Assembly: GCF_009914755.1 (NCBI RefSeq)
Contig: NC_060947.1
Direction: 5' to 3' (one strand)
Source of the DNA: the human T2T-CHM13v2.0 reference genome, Homo sapiens
DNA length: 64,000 bases
The notes beneath the pieces were generated by a model, which had not been told where the DNA came from, did not search any database, and saw only the letters and a program-made list of their open reading frames with translations. The number at the start of each line of letters is the position of its first letter. The first letter of the stretch is position 1. This document shows, piece by piece, positions 56,356-64,000 of the stretch. The position numbers and the translations under genes were made by a program.

Positions 56356-56551
56356 CACTATAGACAATGCCCAGTATCTGAGAGGTAAGCAAGAGGTCAT
56401 TGCTTATCAGTGTAGCTGCTAAGAACAAAATGACTGGTACAGATTATCATGTCAGAGGAGGCTGCCACCATGAGCCAGTGATAGTGTTGAATATTAGAAA
56501 AAAGTATTGGAGAAGAGGTAGTGTAGTCTGAGTCTTGATGTCTAAGAAACA

Positions 56552-57013
56552 TGTTGAGAAAAGAAAGAAACTTTTATCTGAGGAATGCGAGTTCTTTTTA
56601 ATTATCAGGCCCAGAGAGAAATTAAAATGAGACCTCAATCATGCTCCATTTCCCATTTTGAGCTAAGAGCTTATATCTTCAAACTGTTTGTTTTTGCCTC
56701 AAGTAGCTATAAATTAACCTAATAATGTCACACCAGACACTATAACATATATCCTATAGCTTAACAATATATAACCAATCACTAATCAATATTATTTCTA
56801 TAAACCAAAAAGAATTTCTGACGAGCAGCTTTGTCTCAGCTCACTCCCTGCCCCCCTTTTTTCTGGCTTTAAAAATCCACTTGTAACTGTTGTTAATTGA
56901 AGTGTATATTCAGGGCAACATGAATCTATGCTTCTAGGTTACAATCCTCAAGCTTGGCCCAAATAAACTTTCTACTTATATTAATTTTTTTCAGCTTCTT
57001 CCTTTTGATTGAC
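56552..57013 (+). mobile_element. ERV1-type (MER4-group-like) solo LTR
   Basis: tgttgag...ttatctgaggaatgcgag...tcctcaagcttggcccaaataaact...ttgac. Confidence 0.65.
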
Positions 57014-57794
57014 GATGTAGACAAATGGAGAGAAGATGAATAAGAGAAATTCAGGTCTGGCTGTGAATATAACATAAGTAGAAATTTGAAGGTAGGTGTG
57101 CACATGACATGTTTTGACAATGAGTAGAAAAGCTTACCTCAGTAGATGATTTATTATTGGAAATAGAGATTGCTTTATAAAAACTGGGACACAATTGTGA
57201 GTAACTTTGAATTCCAAAGTTATTCAGAATATGTTAACAAATAAACTCAATCTAGGACCAATATTACCAAATAAACTCCACTGACCTGCTCCCTTTAGCC
57301 TTTAGCTGAAACCATTGCCAATTTCAGTTTTCCAAGACTTTTTGTGCTATCTATACAAGCAACATTCTATATGTAAATCACTCTGTCAAGTATTTTGGAA
57401 AATATAAAAAATAAACAACTATGTAGCATGTGGTTTATGGAGACAATTATGAGGCTTCTGTCTTGTGCATATGGATGTGAAGAAACTACCAATTAAAAAG
57501 CACTTTTGCCATAGTGAGTTGTGTTTTACTCCCTCCCTCACCAAACTCCATCTCCCCACCTTACCCTCCCCCATCACTTTTTCCCCTTTCCTCCTATATA
57601 ATCAACAGGCTCAGCTTCTCCAGTGATATTTGTGTTTGTACTCTGAAATGATGTGAATACATATTTTGATTAACACTGTTTCCTTAGAGGAAAGAACACT
57701 TGTCTTACAAGTACATTGCAGTGCAAATGTTTAAAATCACTCCAAAGTGCCTAAGTGGGACTTACATCAATGTTTCTGCTTGACTTTTTCACAG

Positions 57795-57822
57795 AAGAAA
57801 TGATATCTTCTGGAAAGCAAAG
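57795..57822 (+). pseudogene. Putative pseudogene micro-exon 4 (EMISSGKQ)
   Basis: Strong acceptor tgactttttcacag; 28 nt, phase 1 in and 2 out; donor AG|GCAAAC (GC or decayed). Confidence 0.35.
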
Positions 57823-58178
57823 GCAAACAAAATTCTTTTGGAATAGAAATGAGTGACGAATCATCTCCATTAAACAAAATGATAGAACTATTGCTGTTCA
57901 ATTAAGGTCTTTATAATGAATCATAAAAATGCAAGATGTAAAGTATGTCTGTGTGGTTGAGCTCCAATTCTTAATGATAAATTGAGTTGATTTCTCCCCC
58001 AGTGAGTTTGGAGTGTTTGGATTTTATCTTTTTTTAATCTGTCTTAATCATTAATTATAATTTCAAAAATAATATGAGTCACTGCTTCACAGCTTGGAAG
58101 CAAAGGCAGCATTCTGTTTTGGGGAAATGTTTTTATAGCAATTAACTTCTATTTATGTCACTCTTCTGCCATATTTAG

Positions 58179-58306
58179 AAGTCACCACATTTCTGATAAA
58201 GTCTACTATGTGGCCTTGGATAGCAAACAAAATGTTACCACCTTTCTTTTAACTCTGGACATCAAATCTTGGATGAGCTCAAATTGTCCACAGGTGGTAC
58301 CTCGAG
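58179..58306 (+). pseudogene. Putative pseudogene exon 5 (SHHISDKVYYVALDSKQNVTTFLLTLDIKSWMSSNCPQVVPR)
   Basis: Acceptor cactcttctgccatatttag, donor GAG|GTAACC, 42 open codons, phase 2 in and 1 out. Confidence 0.55.
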
Positions 58307-59204
58307 GTAACCAGTGAAACACCCAGGGAGCTCTTCAAGGATAGGCATTACTTCCTTCTTTTGTAATATTGTTGAAGTTGACTTTAAGGTCTTCAGGCTG
58401 AACCCACTGATTTTTCCTAGTTTGCATCTACTTCTGTGGCAGTTTCAGTAGTCTTGTTTTATTAGCCTCAAATGAAAGTCACCTTTCCCTGCTCTCCACT
58501 TCATGGGACTAAAATGGCTGTGGTGTGTTGGAAGAGGAAAAATAAAAATAAAGCACATCTATTACTCAAATCAGCTGTGGTTCTGGATTTCTGTCTCAGG
58601 GTATAATCACTTTTTTTGCTTAGCTATTTCTTATAGAAACAAGGAGGTAAAGGAAGAAGAAATATTGAATCCTCAGCTGTGGATTAAAAGAAAGAGAAAA
58701 TAAAGGCACCCCTAAATTGGTAAGGTACCTGCTCTAGATACCTATGTGGTTGGAAGTGAACGAGATTTCAAATATGCCAGTACTCTCATGGAAGTGTAAT
58801 ATGTAATTTGAAGTCCCAAAAGCACCTATTAGAAGTATGAAGAAATTCAGGAAGGTACTCCAGAAAGGGAGTCTTGTTAAAGGGAGATTGGTTTAAAGTC
58901 TATCTAAGTCATGAAGCTATTCTATACAAAAGCAGAATAGGTATCTATCTATGCTTATTTGAAGTCCACAGCTTCATACTTGCCTCCAAATATCTTTTTC
59001 CAGTATTACATCCTACTCTTTTCTCATACCAGTCTCAAATCCGTATACTTTAAATATTCTTCAGAGTCAAACAACAAAAAGCCTCCTTCCAGTTAAAAAT
59101 GCAAAATGGTTTTTCTTCCCCAAGATGGTGGATTTGAGGCTTTGTTAGCACACCTTACCCTCTTGGAAAGAGCAAAACCGTGTGTAGAAACTTTCACACT
59201 GTGA

Positions 59205-59697
<493 letters not shown>

Positions 59698-59829
59698 CTC
59701 ACACTGTGAACTTTTATCCAAGAAAGAACATGGGAGCTCAACAGAAAAAGTGAAAGAAAGTTTGGATACTTTGAAAGAAACTGTGGACAGCTGCCTGACC
59801 CAAGGGTCCAGCAGAAAACTGCAAATCTT

Positions 59830-60125
59830 GGTTGGGCACAGCATTTTGGGAGGCCAAGGTGGATGGGATTGCTTGACTCAGGAGTTCAAGATCAGTCTGA
59901 GCACCATTGCAAGACCCCTGATTTTTACTAAGAAAACAAACAACAACAACAACAACAACAAAACAAGCATGGTGGTACGTGCTTGTAGTCCCAAGTATTC
60001 AGGAGGTGGAGGTGGAAGGATCACTTGAGCCCAGGAGTCAAAGCTACAGTGAGCTGAGATTGAGGTTGCAGTGTGCCATGATCATGCCACTGCACTCCAC
60101 CTAGAAGACAGAGTAAAACCCCATT
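59830..60125 (+). mobile_element. Degenerate AluJ with (CAA)n linker
   Basis: ggatcacttgagcccaggag diagnostic. Confidence 0.85.
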
Positions 60126-60308
60126 TAAGAAAGAAGAGAAAGAAAGAGAGAAAGAGAGGAAATGAAAGGAAAAGAACGGAGAGGAGAGGGAGAGGGAGGG
60201 GGAGAGGGAGAGGGAGAAAGAAAGAGTGGGGTGGGAAGGAGAGAGGAGAAGGAAGAAAAAATGGAAGGAAAGAAGGAAGGAAGGAAGGAAAGAAGGAAGG
60301 AAGGAGAA
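60126..60308 (+). repeat. GA-rich purine tract ((GGAA)n, (GGGAGA)n) derived from Alu tail
   Basis: Direct inspection. Confidence 0.9.
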
Positions 60309-60659
60309 ACCGTAAGTCTTCATAGAGTGAAGTAGGAGAGACTATCTTGATGATACACATTCCCACCAGGGAACTGGGCAATCCAGGCCACAGGAGAGTT
60401 CCTTGACACTACCCAGCACTGGATCTTACTTGGTGAGAGAGGGGAGTCTTCAGAAAAAAAGTAGCATTTTGCAGAAAAAAATGTAGCATTTTGCATAACT
60501 CTTAGACCCCAGTGTCAACAGAAAAGAAAAAGCCATCTCTGATCCTAATTCCAGGGTACCTTGGGGAAATCTGCCAGCCAACTCAGGCAGTAGTCACATG
60601 CTGGGAGAGGCTGCCAACTGAGATTTGCAATGTAATCTAGAGTGAAGATAAACCCCCAA

Positions 60660-63600
60660 GGACAAAACAAGTGTTAATAAATTTTAAAAAATTGAAATCA
60701 TATCAAATATCTTCTCAGACCACAATAGAATAAAACTAGAAATGATTTCTGATGGGAACTCTCAAAATTATACAAATACATGGAAATTAAACCACCTGAT
60801 TCTGAATGATCTTTGGATTCAATTATGAAATTAAGATGGAAAGCAAAAAGTTTGTAGAAATGAATGAAAATAGAGACACAACATACCCAAACCTCTGGGA
60901 TGCAGAGAAAAAAGTTCTAAGAGGGGAGATTTTATCATTAAATACCTATGTAAAAAACATAAGAAGATCACTAATTAATATCCTAACACTGCACCTCTAG
61001 AAACTAGAAAAACAAGAAAAAACCCAACCAATGCCAGCAAAAGAGAGATAACAAAGATCAAATTAGATCTAAGTAAAAATGAGACAAAAATACAATACAA
61101 TGGATTAACTAAATGAAAAGTTGGTTCTTTCAAAAGATAAACAAAACTGATAGCCCACTAGCTATAATAAACAAGAAAAGAAGATAGAAGATTCAAATAA
61201 GCACAGTGAGAAATGAAAAAGGAGACATTACAACTGATACCACATAAATACAGAAGGTAATCAAAAACTGCTATGAACATGTCTATGCTCACAAACTAGG
61301 AAACATAAAGAAAATGAGTAAATTCCTAAAAACATACAACCTACCAAGATTAAACCAGGAAGAAATAGAAATCCTCAACTGATCAATAACAGGTAGTGAG
61401 TCAGTAATTAAAAACATATTTCTCCACCTGCCAAGAAAAAGCCCAGGACCAGATGGAATTGCAGCTGAATTCTTCAAGATATACAAGATAAAACTGGTAC
61501 ATATTCTCTTGAAAATGTTCCAAAATTAGAGGAGGACAAAATCCTCTCTAACTCAATCTACAAAGCCAATATCATTGTGATACCAAAGCCAGACAAGGAA
61601 ACAACAAAAAAAGAAAGCTACAAACCAATATATCTGAAGAACATCGATGCAAAACTTCTCAACAAAATAGTAGCAAATTGAATCCAACAGCACATCAAAA
61701 AGATAATACACCACAATTAAGTGGGTTTTATTTCAGAAACGCAAGGATAGTACAACATATGCAAATCAGTAAATGTGATTCACCACATAAACAGAATTAA
61801 AAAACAGAAACCATATGATCCTCTCAATAGATGCAGAAAAAGCATTTGATAAAATTCAGCAATTTTTATAATAAAAACATTCAACAAACTAGGCATAGAA
61901 GGAACATACCTCAAAATAAGAAAGCCATACATGGCAAATCCACAGTCAACATCATACCAAATGGGGAAAGTTGAAATATTTCCCCTAAAAACTGAAACAA
62001 GACAAGAATGCCCACTTTCACCACTCCTATTCAACATAGTATGGAAGTTCTAGCCAGAGCAATCAGGCAAAAGAAAGAAAAAAAAATCCAAATTTGGAAA
62101 GAGACAGTCAAATTATCTTTGTTTGCTGATTATATGATCTTTCACCTAGAAAACTCTAAAGGTTCTGCCAAAAGATTCCTAGTTTAATAAATGACTTCAA
62201 TAAAGTTTGAGAATACAATATCTATGTACTTCAATAAAGTTTGAGAGTACAATATCAATGTACAAAAATCAGTAGCATTTCTATTCACCAATTAGGAGAA
62301 GCTGAGTACCAAATCAAAAACTCAATCCCATTTACAATAACTACATAAATATAAAATAGCTAGAAATACATTTAACCAATGTGATGAAGCCTCTCTACAA
62401 GGCTTTGTTTGTTTCTTTTCACTGTTTTTTCTCTAATCTTGTCTTCTCACTTTATTTCATTAATTTGATCTTCAATCACGGATATCCTTTCTTCTGCTTG
62501 ATCGAATCGGCTATTGAAGCTTGTGTATGATTCATGAATTTCTCGTACTGTGGTTTTCAGCTCTATCAGGTCATTTAAGGTCTTCTCTATACAGTTATTC
62601 TAGTTAGCCATTCATCTAACCTTTTTTCAAGGTTTTTAGCTTCCTTGCTATGGGTTAGAACATGCTCCTTTAGCTAGGAGAAGTTTGTTATTACCAACCT
62701 TCTGAAGGTTGGTAAATAAACTGTAGAAGACAAAGATAAATGGTGAAATTTCCCAAGCTCATGGGTTGGAAGAATCAATATCATTAAAATGAATACATGG
62801 CACAAAGCGATCTACAGACAATGCAGTGCTTATCAATATATTATTATTTTACACAGTTAGAAAAATAATCCAAAAATAAAAACATAACCAGAAAATAAAA
62901 GAGTCCAAATAGCCATCCTAAGCACAAATAGCACAACTGGAAGCATCATATTACCTTACTTCAAATTATACCACAAGATTATAGGAACCAAAACAACATG
63001 GTACTGAAATAAAAATAGACACATGAGATAAATAAAACAGAAGAGAGAACCCAGACATTAAGCCACATACCTGCAACCAACTGATTTTTATAAAGTTGAC
63101 AATAAAACATACACTGTGGCAAGGACACCCTATTCAATAAATAGTGCTGTGAAAATTGGATAGCCATATGCAGAAGAATGACACTAAGCTCCTATGTCTC
63201 ACCATGTATAAAAATTAACTCAAGATGGATTAAATACTTAAATTATAATACCTGTAATTATAAAAACTTTATTTAAAGAAAGCTTTGGAAAAAGTTCTCT
63301 CGACATTAGCCTTGGCAAAGAGTTTATAACTAAGACCTCAAAAGCAAATGCAACAAAAACAAAAGTAGGCTAATGGGATTCAATGAAACTAAAAAGCTTC
63401 TGCATGGCAAAAGATACAGAGAGAACAGACAGCATACAAAATGGGAGAAAGTATTTGCAAACTATGCATTTGACAAAGGAGTAAGATCCAGACACAAACA
63501 ACTGAAGAGATAAAAGCAAATAACCCCATTAAAAAGTGGTCAAAAGACATTAGTAGACATTTTTCACAAGAAGATGTACAAATGGTCAACAAGCATGTTA

Positions 63601-64000
63601 AAAAAAAGTTTGACATAACTAATCATCAGAAAAAGCAAATTAAGACCACAATGAAATATCATCTTATACCAGTAACAATGGCTACTATTAAATGTCAAAA
63701 AAAAAAGATGTTGGCAAAAATGTAAAGAAAAGTGAATAATTATACACTGCTGCTTGGAATGTTTATTAGTAGAGTCCCCATGGAAAAAGTATAATTTCTC
63801 ATAAAGCCAAATTAATTTCTTAAAGAACTAAAAATAAAACTACCACTCAACCCAGAAATCTTACTACTGGATATCTACCCAAAAGAAAGGAAATCATTAT
63901 ATCAAAAAGATACCTGTTTATAATAGCACTATTCACAAAAGCAAAGATATGGAATCATCGTAAGTGTCCGCCATCAACAGATGATTGGATAAAGAAAATG
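60660..64000 (+). mobile_element. Old L1 (PB/MA-like) ORF2, runs off the window end
   Basis: Degenerate ORF2 throughout. Confidence 0.85.
62401..62707 (-). mobile_element. Internal L1PA7/8-like ORF1 fragment inserted antisense, no poly(A) or TSD
   Basis: Antisense ORF1 sequence (gatcgaatcggctattgaagcttgtg) interrupting host ORF2. Confidence 0.8.

Noticed and set aside
60021-60381. Arg/Lys-rich and Phe/Leu/Ser-rich ORFs
   Set aside because: GA-rich Alu-tail microsatellite

Overview
Human genomic DNA: a diagnostic L1HS-Ta insertion is present. The window is AT-rich and dominated by nested LINE-1 elements of many ages, plus Alus, MIRs and solo LTRs. I see no intact protein-coding gene, and nearly all ORF-track entries are L1, Alu or low-complexity fragments. 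The notable non-routine signals are: (1) exon-like segments in the three repeat-free islands (6.9-8.5 kb, 24.9-25.3 kb, 57.8-58.3 kb) that splice in phase on the + strand into a degenerate FN3/cytokine-receptor-like peptide, suggesting an unannotated unprocessed pseudogene; (2) two adjacent local inverted duplications in the first 6 kb; (3) a TSD-flanked retro-insertion of an inverted young L1 ORF1 piece plus polyadenylated non-L1 sequence (probable 3' transduction); (4) a tiny L1HS-Ta insertion with no TSD; (5) two near-full-length L1PA elements with and without the ~129-bp ZNF93-site segment. Repeat subfamily names are by eye and approximate.
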